From: Eubacteriales bacterium
Lineage (GTDB): Bacteria > Bacillota > Clostridia > Oscillospirales > UBA644
Assembly: GCA_045535665.1 (NCBI GenBank)
Contig: JAZSMD010000001.1
Coordinates: 24,240-88,239, forward strand
Length of the DNA: 64,000 nucleotides
Direction: 5' to 3'
The translations under genes were made by a program, and so were the position numbers. Of the stretch, positions 48,898 to 57,802 are shown in pieces. Numbering within the stretch: position 1 is the first letter of the stretch; each line of letters opens with the position of its first letter. Below the pieces are notes generated by a model. That model was not told the DNA's origin and made no database searches. It worked only from the letters and a program-made list of their open reading frames with translations.

Positions 48898-50250
48898 TTA
48901 AATACCGCATACGATCTGAGTGCCTTCTGCGTTATAACCTGAAGCCATCAGCTTCTGCATAAATGTGTGATACGGCAACTCATAACGCTTTTTGAATTCG
49001 GGGGATTCGACAGCTTCTGTGTCTGCCCAGAGCTCGACTGCTGTGCCATTTACAAGCATAAGGTGCTCGCCGGGGGCATCTGCCATTTTTCCGAAGCGGA
49101 ACACTCCACCGGGAAGCTCTGCAATTTTATTGCCTTCACAGTCGTAGATCTCGTTTCCTTTTACGAATTCGGAATATCCGTCTCCGTTAATATCTATGGG
49201 CCAAGCCTGATTTCCTTCAAATGGATATTTGATGTCAAGCTGTTCGCCTGTAAAAGCATCGAAGTAAAGATCGTCTTCAAGCTCTTCAAGCTCTGCTCCG
49301 CATTCATCATAAAGAGTGATCCTGCGTCGTGTCATTGCAATTTTCTTGTGATCGCCTTTGATATTTGCTATCCAGTTTGTATGCATATGACCCTTGTCGA
49401 CTGCAGTCCATACCACTTCACCGTTATTCTTGAAAACATATACACGGTTCTGGTCTTCTCTTTCATCACCTTCGCGTGCTGTGAAAATATACCATTCTTT
49501 TCCGTCTGGTCCGTAGTAGGGAACTATCAAGTCAGAGTGTCCTTTATAGTTGGGGGCAAGGTCTACGATCTCGTGACCGTCATCAAGAGAGAGAAGTCTT
49601 TCGCCCCAGAAAAGCTCGTCGATTCCGTCTTCGTTAATGTCTATAACAGGAGTTACATGACTTGCTCTTGGACCGGGGTCTTCGTCTTTTATTACAATAT
49701 CCCATCTTTTTTCCATATTGGAATTCCAACCTTGGAGATACATGTTTCCGTATGTACCCTGACATGTAACGAGTACCGGTTCACCGTGAACATATCCTGC
49801 TACAAGATAATATCTGTAACAAAGAGACATTCTTTCATGGAAAGTATTCATAGACCAAGGCCAAACACCTGTAACTTCACCTGTTTCAGAGTCAAGTCTT
49901 TCAAGCTTACGTCTTGTCATTGAGAAAGGCTTTCCGTAGTTATTGATGAAATAAATTTCATCAACACCGTCTTTGTCCATATCGAAAGCTATTGCTGGAA
50001 CCCACCAAACACCGGGAAGAACGCCGTATGGCAATTCTTTTTCCCAAAGAAGCTTTCCGTTCGTTTCAAACATTGCCATTCTCATTGGCTTAATTCCTCT
50101 GTGGTCGAACAGCTCTTCTCCGGGGTCAACACCTGCTCCGTCAGTATAAACAAACAGCATACCTTCTCTGTCTTTGAGTTTTACATTACAGGAATGTCCG
50201 TAGCTGTATTTTCTACCAAGTTCGAATTTGCTGATACATTGCATATTCAT
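48898..50250 (-). CDS. beta-propeller/FG-GAP-like Ca-binding repeat protein, candidate polysaccharide lyase, paralog A
   Basis: 450 aa, no signal peptide. Repeated DxDxDG-type loops (DMDKDGVDEIYF, DINEDGIDELFWGE, DINGDGYSEF). Conserved His clusters (KGHSD, GHMHTNW). Confidence 0.45.
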   Translation of the reverse strand: MNMQCISKFELGRKYSYGHSCNVKLKDREGMLFVYTDGAGVDPGEELFDHRGIKPMRMAMFETNGKLLWEKELPYGVLPGVWWVPAIAFDMDKDGVDEIYFINNYGKPFSMTRRKLERLDSETGEVTGVWPWSMNTFHERMSLCYRYYLVAGYVHGEPVLVTCQGTYGNMYLQGWNSNMEKRWDIVIKDEDPGPRASHVTPVIDINEDGIDELFWGERLLSLDDGHEIVDLAPNYKGHSDLIVPYYGPDGKEWYIFTAREGDEREDQNRVYVFKNNGEVVWTAVDKGHMHTNWIANIKGDHKKIAMTRRRITLYDECGAELEELEDDLYFDAFTGEQLDIKYPFEGNQAWPIDINGDGYSEFVKGNEIYDCEGNKIAELPGGVFRFGKMADAPGEHLMLVNGTAVELWADTEAVESPEFKKRYELPYHTFMQKLMASGYNAEGTQIVCGI

Positions 50251-50290
50251 GAGAGATACTCTCCTTTAAATTTCATTTTATTTATAATTA

Positions 50291-51664
50291 TTATATACCG
50301 CAGGAAACGTGGGCTCCGGAGTGATTATATCCACTCGCCATAAGCTTCTGCATGAATGTGAGATAAGGTCTTTCGTAGCGTTTCTTGAAGATTTCGCTCT
50401 CTTCAGCATCAGCATCTGCTATGATCTGAATAACAGAGCCTTGGCTCATCATAAGTTGTTCTCCGGGTACGTTTAAGAGTTTGCCCATTCTCATTCTTCT
50501 GCCTTGAACCGATGCAATTTCTTTACCGAATCTGTCAAGGATCTTTCCGTCGGGACAGATGAATTCATGGTATCCGTCACCGTTTATATCAATGGGTTCA
50601 ACTTCGTTTCCGGGGTAGGGGAGCTTAAAGTCAACTCTTTCACCTGTGAAGGCATTATAGTAGAATACACCGTCAATTTCATGCTCCAGGCCTGAATCGC
50701 TGGGGACGTGATGCTGGCTCATTGCCATACAGATCTTTCCGTAACCGTCAAGAACGTTTGCCGCCCAACCTGTGTGGATATGACCAACTTCAAGGTCACC
50801 CCAGACTTTAGTGCCGTCAACTTTAAACGTTACTACTCTGTTCTGCTTTCCGCTTTCAAGGGCTTTTCCACCGCCTTCACCGCCTTCACGGCATGTGTAG
50901 ATATACCATTCGTTGGTTTTATAATCAAGAAGAGGGAGAATTACGTCGGAGTGTCCGTCATAATCGGGTGCGAGGTTTACAACTTCATGTCCGTCATCGA
51001 GGGAGATGAGTCTTTCACCCCAGAAGAGCTCGTCTATTCCGTCTTCGTTGATATCTATAACAGGTGTTACGTGACTTGCTTTAGGACCGAATTCGTCAGC
51101 TTTGATAACGATTTCCCAACGCTTTTCCATATTGTTGTTCCAACCCTGGAGATACATATCTCCATATGTTCCTTGGCAAGTTACAATTACAGGGTCTCCG
51201 TGAACATAACCTGCAACAAGGTAATATCTGTATGCGAGAGACATTCTGTCGTTAAATGTATTCATAGGCCAAGGCCAAGAGCCTGTACATTCGCCAGTCA
51301 TTGCATCGAATCTCTGGAGCTTTCTGTGGAGCATTGAGAAGGGGAAACCTGTATTGTTAAGGAAGTATATTTCATCCTGACCGTCTTTGTCCATATCGAG
51401 AGCTATTGCAGGGCAGAACCAAATGCCGGGCAAAACGCCTTCGGGCATTTCCTTTTCCCAAAGAAGAGTGCCGTCGTTTCTGAACATTTTCATCCAAACA
51501 GGTTTTATATATTTTGTGCGGAAGAGTTCTTCACCCGGGTCACACCAACCGCCTTCGGAAACTACAAAGAGCATACCGTCGCCGTCTTTGAGCTTTACGT
51601 TTGTGGAAACGCAATGTGAAATATCCATTTTAAGATCAAATTCTGTTGCAACTTTAAGATTCAT
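50291..51664 (-). CDS. beta-propeller/FG-GAP-like Ca-binding repeat protein, candidate polysaccharide lyase, paralog B
   Basis: 457 aa, about 60% identical by eye to paralog A. Same DxDxDG loops and the same C-terminal FMQKLMASGYN...CGI. Confidence 0.45.
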   Translation of the reverse strand: MNLKVATEFDLKMDISHCVSTNVKLKDGDGMLFVVSEGGWCDPGEELFRTKYIKPVWMKMFRNDGTLLWEKEMPEGVLPGIWFCPAIALDMDKDGQDEIYFLNNTGFPFSMLHRKLQRFDAMTGECTGSWPWPMNTFNDRMSLAYRYYLVAGYVHGDPVIVTCQGTYGDMYLQGWNNNMEKRWEIVIKADEFGPKASHVTPVIDINEDGIDELFWGERLISLDDGHEVVNLAPDYDGHSDVILPLLDYKTNEWYIYTCREGGEGGGKALESGKQNRVVTFKVDGTKVWGDLEVGHIHTGWAANVLDGYGKICMAMSQHHVPSDSGLEHEIDGVFYYNAFTGERVDFKLPYPGNEVEPIDINGDGYHEFICPDGKILDRFGKEIASVQGRRMRMGKLLNVPGEQLMMSQGSVIQIIADADAEESEIFKKRYERPYLTFMQKLMASGYNHSGAHVSCGI

Positions 51665-51697
51665 ATAAAAATCTCCATTCTTGATTGTTTGTTAGTT

Positions 51698-53335
51698 TTA
51701 ATTATTAAGAGCTGCTTCAAGAGCATTGCCCATTTCGATTCTGACGCTGTTGAAGTTCATAGGATCAAGGTTGCTTTTATTAACGGCAGTTGTAACCTTG
51801 TTTACAAACTCCATCGCAGCTTCTTTACCGAGAGCTTTTTCAAGCATTGAAATCAATTCATAGTCTTCAACGCCGTCACGGCAAGCTTCAAGTCTTACAG
51901 AGCCGCAAGGACCGTCAATTCCGTACTTGTCTCCGGGATACATGAGAATTCCATCTCCATATGTACCATTGCCGATCAGAACATTAGTCCACGGGTCATC
52001 AATGTTTGTGTATTCGTCATTTGTTTCATTCCAATATGTTGTGCTCCAGAAGAGAAATCCTGTAGCTCCTACAACATATGTTTGCCAGAAAAGAAGTCTG
52101 TGGTCAATACCGTTTGTGTCTACCATGAGGTTCTGATATGGTTCTTTGGGTCTACCGCATGCATATATCCAAACGTCACCACCGCGTTCTTCTGCAAATT
52201 TTGCAAGTCTGTCAGAAAGTGAGCCATACAAATCTTTATAGCCCCTTGTCTGGAATTCGCTGCTGTAAATGAATTCGTCATTATATGTCTGGGTTTGTGC
52301 GCAATAAATATCCATGTTGTTTCCAAAGACCTCAATGTAGTCTATACGGTTGTGAAGATCGTAATGTCCGTTTTTGTAAAATGGGGCAAGAAAACGAACT
52401 TCTTTCATTACACTTTTCATTTCTTGGTAAAGAGATATCAGTTTTTCGAGATCCTCTTTTGTGCGAGGTTCATCAATGCTATAAGTGTATGCTTTCTCTA
52501 ACCATTTTGGGTTAGATTTGAGCTTTTTATAAATTTCTTCACTTACGCCAACTGTGAAGCCTGAAACTCTTGGGTCTGACATATAAGCTTCAGCTTCTTC
52601 ACTTAGAATGCTATAGGGAAGGCTGTAGGCTGAAATTTTATGGTCAAGCAGAAAATCGTAGTAGTTTTTGTAATTTTCAATGGTTCCCCAGATGCCAAAA
52701 GCCGTATCCAAAGCATAATCGTCTGAATAAGTGAAGTTCCATACGTGGAGATCTACATTTAAGGTTTCAAAAACATCACCGTTTGCATTTGTAACCACAA
52801 CAGGAATTTCATAGTCCCCTGCAGCAGCATTCTTGCCAATGTTGAATCTGATAAGAATATTTTGGAGTTCGTTTTCATCCAGATCAACGGGTTCAATTCT
52901 TATGGGGAGAAGAGGGTCGGGCCAATTCTTCTCTTCTATGAGGTGTGTTTTTTCAATGAAAAGCTCTGCAGAGACACCTTCGGGGAGTGTGCCGATTTTA
53001 AATTCAAGACCGTATTCAGCCGAATTTGCAAAAAGAGAGGCAACAATGCTTTCACTTTCGTTTTTGGCTGCATATACGGAAATATTTTTTGAAGCTCCGT
53101 CATGCTGTTCTGTGGAAAGGATCTTTTCATATCCTGAAAAAACATAGGCATCAACGGTATCTTTCTTTTCTGATGTCAGGAACGGTGAAATATCTTCTCC
53201 GTAAACAAGGTCTTTCTCTACGGAAAGCTCCACTGGGGGATATTCTTTGGGTTTGTTCGCGCAGGATGTCATTAGAGGAAGAGTTATTGCTGCAGCCATT
53301 GCTATGGCGGAAAACCTCTTGAAAATATTATTCAT
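51698..53335 (-). CDS. DUF4091-like (GH123-related) lipoprotein
   Basis: 545 aa with lipobox LPLMTSC. The C-terminal pattern LFWQTY...GDGILMYPG...GPCGSVRLEACRDGVEDYELI matches my recollection of the DUF4091 region. Confidence 0.5.
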   Translation of the reverse strand: MNNIFKRFSAIAMAAAITLPLMTSCANKPKEYPPVELSVEKDLVYGEDISPFLTSEKKDTVDAYVFSGYEKILSTEQHDGASKNISVYAAKNESESIVASLFANSAEYGLEFKIGTLPEGVSAELFIEKTHLIEEKNWPDPLLPIRIEPVDLDENELQNILIRFNIGKNAAAGDYEIPVVVTNANGDVFETLNVDLHVWNFTYSDDYALDTAFGIWGTIENYKNYYDFLLDHKISAYSLPYSILSEEAEAYMSDPRVSGFTVGVSEEIYKKLKSNPKWLEKAYTYSIDEPRTKEDLEKLISLYQEMKSVMKEVRFLAPFYKNGHYDLHNRIDYIEVFGNNMDIYCAQTQTYNDEFIYSSEFQTRGYKDLYGSLSDRLAKFAEERGGDVWIYACGRPKEPYQNLMVDTNGIDHRLLFWQTYVVGATGFLFWSTTYWNETNDEYTNIDDPWTNVLIGNGTYGDGILMYPGDKYGIDGPCGSVRLEACRDGVEDYELISMLEKALGKEAAMEFVNKVTTAVNKSNLDPMNFNSVRIEMGNALEAALNN

Positions 53336-53369
53336 GGAAACACCTCAAATTATATTGAATTGTTTATTG

Positions 53370-54392
53370 TTACAGAGATTCTGCTTCAAGGAAGAAAAGG
53401 AGTGCCAAGGACTGACCGTAAGGCTCATGTCCGAGTCTGATCTTTCTGTATTCATCAAGGTCGTAGTAGAGGCAAGTGCCTGCGGAAACTTCATCGCAGA
53501 AGCCTTCTTCGTTAATAAGGCCGTTGATTGCGGGAAGTGCTTTGAGGGCACATTCTTTATATTCTTCGGGAAGAATGCCGAGTTTTGCCGCTTTAAGCAT
53601 ACCGTAAGCTATACCTGAGGTTGCGGAAGCTTCTGCATAAGAACCTTCAACATCGTCAACAAGAGTATGCCACATTCCTTTTTCGTCCTGATATTTCTTA
53701 AGAGCTGCCGCATGAGTTTCAAGGGTTCCTATAAGGTACATCTTTATGCATTTGGGAAGTTTGTCGCCGCAAATGTTGAGCATATCAACAATACTTGCTA
53801 TTATCCAAGCGTTGCATCTGCCCCAATGAGCTTTTGCAAAGTGATGCTTTCCGATAAAGTTGTAACCATGGTAGAAAAGACCTGATTCTGTATCTGAAAG
53901 GTATTTGATATGTACAAGGAACTGTCTGATGCTTTCCTGCATATAATCGTCGTTATTTTTAAGAATACCCATTCTTGCCATGAAAAGTGCTCCCATGTAA
54001 AGAGTATCACCCCAAAGCTGAACGTCGTTGTTGCTATCGATCGTTACGTGCTGGAAGCCGCCTTCTTCTGTTCTGATAAGCTCTTCCATTACGTATTTAA
54101 CGCCTCTTTCGCAAAGCTTCAGATATTCTTCTTTACCTGAAATTTCGTAGAGGTAGGAAAGAGTAAGAAGGGGAGAAAGACTGTTTACGTTCCATCTTAT
54201 TGCATTTTTTTCAATTTGTTTGTCAAACCAATTTGTAAGGTAATTGTAAACGTTTTCGTCTTTTGTCTGGCTGTAATAAAGGTATAATCCGTAGAGACCT
54301 ACACCCTGATACCAGTCCCAAACCTCCATTTGTCTTTTTCCGCTTTCGGATTCTGTAAGTGCTGAAATTACTTTTTGAATGTTTTCGTTCAT
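53370..54392 (-). CDS. GH105 unsaturated rhamnogalacturonyl/glucuronyl hydrolase (YteR/YesR-like)
   Basis: 340 aa, alpha/alpha-toroid type: WDWYQGVGLYGL, WGDTLYMGALFMARMG, HWGRCNAW. No signal peptide. Confidence 0.75.
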   Translation of the reverse strand: MNENIQKVISALTESESGKRQMEVWDWYQGVGLYGLYLYYSQTKDENVYNYLTNWFDKQIEKNAIRWNVNSLSPLLTLSYLYEISGKEEYLKLCERGVKYVMEELIRTEEGGFQHVTIDSNNDVQLWGDTLYMGALFMARMGILKNNDDYMQESIRQFLVHIKYLSDTESGLFYHGYNFIGKHHFAKAHWGRCNAWIIASIVDMLNICGDKLPKCIKMYLIGTLETHAAALKKYQDEKGMWHTLVDDVEGSYAEASATSGIAYGMLKAAKLGILPEEYKECALKALPAINGLINEEGFCDEVSAGTCLYYDLDEYRKIRLGHEPYGQSLALLFFLEAESL

Positions 54393-54537
54393 ATATTTTT
54401 ACCTCCGGTAAATAAGCTGTTTTTCTGTTTTTTTGCTTTATTAAATTGTATCACAGAACTCGCTGTTTGTCAAGTCAAAATACCGCTTTTTTATGTTAAT
54501 TTTATTGTGTTATAATGATTATCTAAAGTAGAACTGT

Positions 54538-57500
54538 TTAGTCAGTTGTTATACTGATTTCATCGATACCGCTGTCGATGAGCATGTATTCGTCTCTCCA
54601 ATGCTCTCCCGATGTGACAAAACTTCCCGGACCTGTTGATGTGTGTTTCTTGGGGAAGATGTGGAGAGGACCGAAAGTGTTGCGTCTTGAACATATTAAC
54701 TGTATACTTAAGGGCTCTTTGTTTTTGATAGCCTCTGTAATATCTGCAGTGTATGGCTCCCATGCAATTATCTCTCCGTTCACTTTGACAAGAGAGCCGT
54801 TGAATTTGTCAAGACGGATATGTGCTGATTTGCAGTTTTGCATTTCGGGTAAAAGGTCGGGGGATATTTTGTATGTTACAACACCTGAATAGAAGGGTAG
54901 ATTGTATTTTTCAAGATTTCCGAGACCGATTGTTTTTGGTAAGGTTTCAATTATCTTGTCTTTGCCGTTGACTTTTACACCGAATTTGCCCAGAATATAT
55001 ACTGTTTCGATGTTTGTGAGTGTTTGGAATCGGGTTTTTACTGTAAGTGTGTTTATACCTTTTTTAATGAGCCCTTTGGGTACAGTCATTCTTTTGAAAG
55101 CAGTATCTGTCCAGAATCCGTCTTCGGCACGGTGCTCAAGGGTTTTTCCGTTTAATGTGTATTCCATAAATTCGGGACGTTCTCCTGCAATGACGAAATC
55201 GCAGTCTGTGTATTCTGCTCTGAATTCATATTTCAGCTCAATGTTTCCGAATGTTTTGTTTTGGTAGAGCTTGGTGAACCAGGGCTGACACATATTTCCG
55301 CCTCGGTATTCAAGCCCGAAAAGCTTTCTGATTTCGCGGTCACATTTAAGGACTTCGTATTCTTCGCTCCACTCTTTGCCCTCTTCACGCCATGAGCAGA
55401 AGTCAAGAACCATTACATTTTCTTCGTCAAGCTCGTACTCAAATTCTCCCTTAACGGAGTATTCTTTGCTTTCGAAGATCTGTTTTCTTTCGGGAAGGTC
55501 ATGTTTTTCATTTGTGAAAATAAATGTTTTAACTCCTGCCGCTTCAATATCTGTATTTATTAAAGAGGGGTTGTTCAAGAAATATTTTTCCGCAGTTTCA
55601 AGAACCCATTCTTCAGCATATTTTTTATCTGTAGAAATTGAAATCTCAAGATTCTTGCAGGCGTTTTGTCTGTCCTTGTTCATGAGGGCAAGACCGAGGT
55701 TTCCGTCACCGTAGTCTATAAGTCGGCAGAAAATGTTTTCTGCAACCTTTCCGTTTGTTGTGATCTTTACAGGTGCTTCCGATTTGTTTACCGAGAAATC
55801 GTTGATACTGTTATATCTTACGGCATTTTTTGCGATTTCCTCACAGGCGTTGTTTTTCTCTCCGTCAATAAGTTCGGGTTCTTTTCCGATGAAGATAACT
55901 TTTCCTCCTGCCGCTGAAAATTCGGAAAGAAGGTCAAGGGTTGTCTTTCTCATTGTTATCATCCCGCTGACAATGACTTTTTTATAGGTGCAGTTTCCTA
56001 ATTTAAGAAGAGGTTCTCCGTTTACGGTTTCAACCGATGCGAGTCTGCTCATCATTTCTTCTTCGCCATAGTCAAAGTCTACGTGGTGTCCCAACAAATA
56101 ATTGCAGAGGTCTGTGTAATTCTGTTCTATCTCTTTGCATTTTTCGTCTTTTCCGAATATCCAAGCTGCCCAACCCGAGTATATGGTTGTCCAGACACTT
56201 TCTATTGGATTAATTACCAGCGTGTCGCATACGGGATTTCCGCTTATGAACATTCCGAATCTTGCAAAATAAGTTTCAATATAGTTGTAATCCTTATTGT
56301 ATGTAGCTTGATGGAGTATGCTTGCGGGGAAGTCTCTTTTGGCTTCACCTTCCATTGTATACCATGAAAGGTGGGGACATCTTAAATTGATTCCGAAAAG
56401 GGTTTGCCAATCTCCGAGATATTTATAGTCTCTGAAACTTGTTTCCCAACCCGTGCATCCGTACAGTTCTGAAAGCTTCCAGCTCTTTCCTGTCTGTCTT
56501 GCGGCAGAGTCCAGTTGTTTTGCTACCCACCAATTCGTATCTCCTCCTGAAAGAACATCTATTCCCGGAGTATGCATGTGTTCGTAGAATCTCATCAAAG
56601 AGCCTTGAGGACCTGTCTGTGCCGACAGGGAATCTTCGTGGAGAACGTGCCCTGTGAATTCAATACTGTGCGCGGTACACCAATTTTTATAAGGTATGGC
56701 AAATCTTTCTATGAACAGGTGCTCTGTAAGGTCAATATAATTTATTTTTAATTTTGAAAATCTGTTTTGGGGGTCTTTATGGAACAGCTCCGGAAGAAGG
56801 GGGATAATGTCATATCCGTAACGTTTTTGGAATTCTTCGGCAAAATCGTTTGTCCACGGAGTGTTGTCACAGAATACACCGTCAATATTTTTTCTTGCTC
56901 CCATTACGTAACCTCTGTGAGGTTCGTCTGTGAATATTCCCTTAATTGATGTTCCGAGTTTGTCTCCGCATTTTTCGGCGTATTTTTCATGAGTAAGCTC
57001 TATGAATTTATTTACAGCTTCATAGCTCATGGTATCTAAATAAGTATTTCCGTTATAGTTTGATTCCGGTAGGTCTTCTCTTACTGTAAAAACGAGAATC
57101 TTCTGCTCACCTTGTTCATTTGTGAAGTCTTTAAATGGCTCATCGGTCAAGGGTCTGTGGGCGAAAAGAACAGGTCCTTCAAGGTATGCTTCGGATTGGA
57201 GTATTATATCTCCTGCGGTCTTGTAATCTCCAGATATATATTTTTTATATGGAATTTCGTAACATATAACAGATCTCATTCTGTATTTGTGCTCAACTGT
57301 GGCAAGACCTCCTGCACTTCCGCTTGGCCAACGGTCTTCGTCGTAAAGCCATGATTCCATATCAAGGCGTTCTCCCTCTTCGGCTGTGGAGTTTATAAGA
57401 TTGAACCACTCCTTACCCAGATATTCGGTGATAAGTCCTGAACGGCTGTGCATGAAATATCCGCCGAACCCCATTTCTTTCATCACGGAGACTTGGCGCT

Positions 57501-57603
57501 TTAGTTCGTCTGCTGTCAGTTCTCCGTTCCATGACCAGAACGGCTTTCCTCGCCATTCTTTTGTCGGGTTATTAAAATTTTTTTCTAACTCTTTAATATT
57601 CAA
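54538..57603 (-). CDS. large cytoplasmic glycoside hydrolase, GH106-like (alpha-L-rhamnosidase-type) N-terminal region; specificity not assignable
   Basis: 1021 aa, no signal peptide. The N-terminus WRGKPFWSWNGELTADELKRQVSVMKEMGFGGYFMHSRSGL is the pattern I associate with GH106-like enzymes. Confidence 0.5.
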   Translation of the reverse strand: MNIKELEKNFNNPTKEWRGKPFWSWNGELTADELKRQVSVMKEMGFGGYFMHSRSGLITEYLGKEWFNLINSTAEEGERLDMESWLYDEDRWPSGSAGGLATVEHKYRMRSVICYEIPYKKYISGDYKTAGDIILQSEAYLEGPVLFAHRPLTDEPFKDFTNEQGEQKILVFTVREDLPESNYNGNTYLDTMSYEAVNKFIELTHEKYAEKCGDKLGTSIKGIFTDEPHRGYVMGARKNIDGVFCDNTPWTNDFAEEFQKRYGYDIIPLLPELFHKDPQNRFSKLKINYIDLTEHLFIERFAIPYKNWCTAHSIEFTGHVLHEDSLSAQTGPQGSLMRFYEHMHTPGIDVLSGGDTNWWVAKQLDSAARQTGKSWKLSELYGCTGWETSFRDYKYLGDWQTLFGINLRCPHLSWYTMEGEAKRDFPASILHQATYNKDYNYIETYFARFGMFISGNPVCDTLVINPIESVWTTIYSGWAAWIFGKDEKCKEIEQNYTDLCNYLLGHHVDFDYGEEEMMSRLASVETVNGEPLLKLGNCTYKKVIVSGMITMRKTTLDLLSEFSAAGGKVIFIGKEPELIDGEKNNACEEIAKNAVRYNSINDFSVNKSEAPVKITTNGKVAENIFCRLIDYGDGNLGLALMNKDRQNACKNLEISISTDKKYAEEWVLETAEKYFLNNPSLINTDIEAAGVKTFIFTNEKHDLPERKQIFESKEYSVKGEFEYELDEENVMVLDFCSWREEGKEWSEEYEVLKCDREIRKLFGLEYRGGNMCQPWFTKLYQNKTFGNIELKYEFRAEYTDCDFVIAGERPEFMEYTLNGKTLEHRAEDGFWTDTAFKRMTVPKGLIKKGINTLTVKTRFQTLTNIETVYILGKFGVKVNGKDKIIETLPKTIGLGNLEKYNLPFYSGVVTYKISPDLLPEMQNCKSAHIRLDKFNGSLVKVNGEIIAWEPYTADITEAIKNKEPLSIQLICSRRNTFGPLHIFPKKHTSTGPGSFVTSGEHWRDEYMLIDSGIDEISITTD

Positions 57604-57656
57604 AGATTTTCACTCCTTTTGATGTTTTGAAGCTTATGTCTGTCTTTTGAATATTA

Positions 57657-57708
57657 GAGTGAGGGGAAAACTTTTTCTTAAAAAGTTTTCCCCTCACTCC
57701 TTTCAAAA
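57657..57708. repeat. palindromic element, right copy
   Basis: 20-bp stem GAGTGAGGGGAAAACTTTTT-ctt-AAAAAGTTTTCCCCTCACTC followed by CTTTCAAAA. The reverse complement aligns with 47134-47187. It probably also acts as the terminator of the CE4 gene. Confidence 0.6.
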
Positions 57709-57802
57709 TATGTCTTTTTTGTTATAATTAAGATTTTTGCGGAAAGTCGATTATGTGTAGCAAGTTATCCCGAAAATTGGGGTGTTGTTTGCTTTAGTGA
57801 TA

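Noticed and set aside
48967-49923. 318-aa ORF on the plus strand antisense to propeller paralog A. Similar long antisense ORFs occur at 50708-51337, 5957-6595, 7521-8102 and 37564-38163.
   Set aside because: Each lies entirely inside a well-supported gene on the other strand. Their translations are low-complexity and Cys/Phe/Val-rich, with no recognisable motifs or RBS. They are typical shadow ORFs produced by the codon bias of the real gene.
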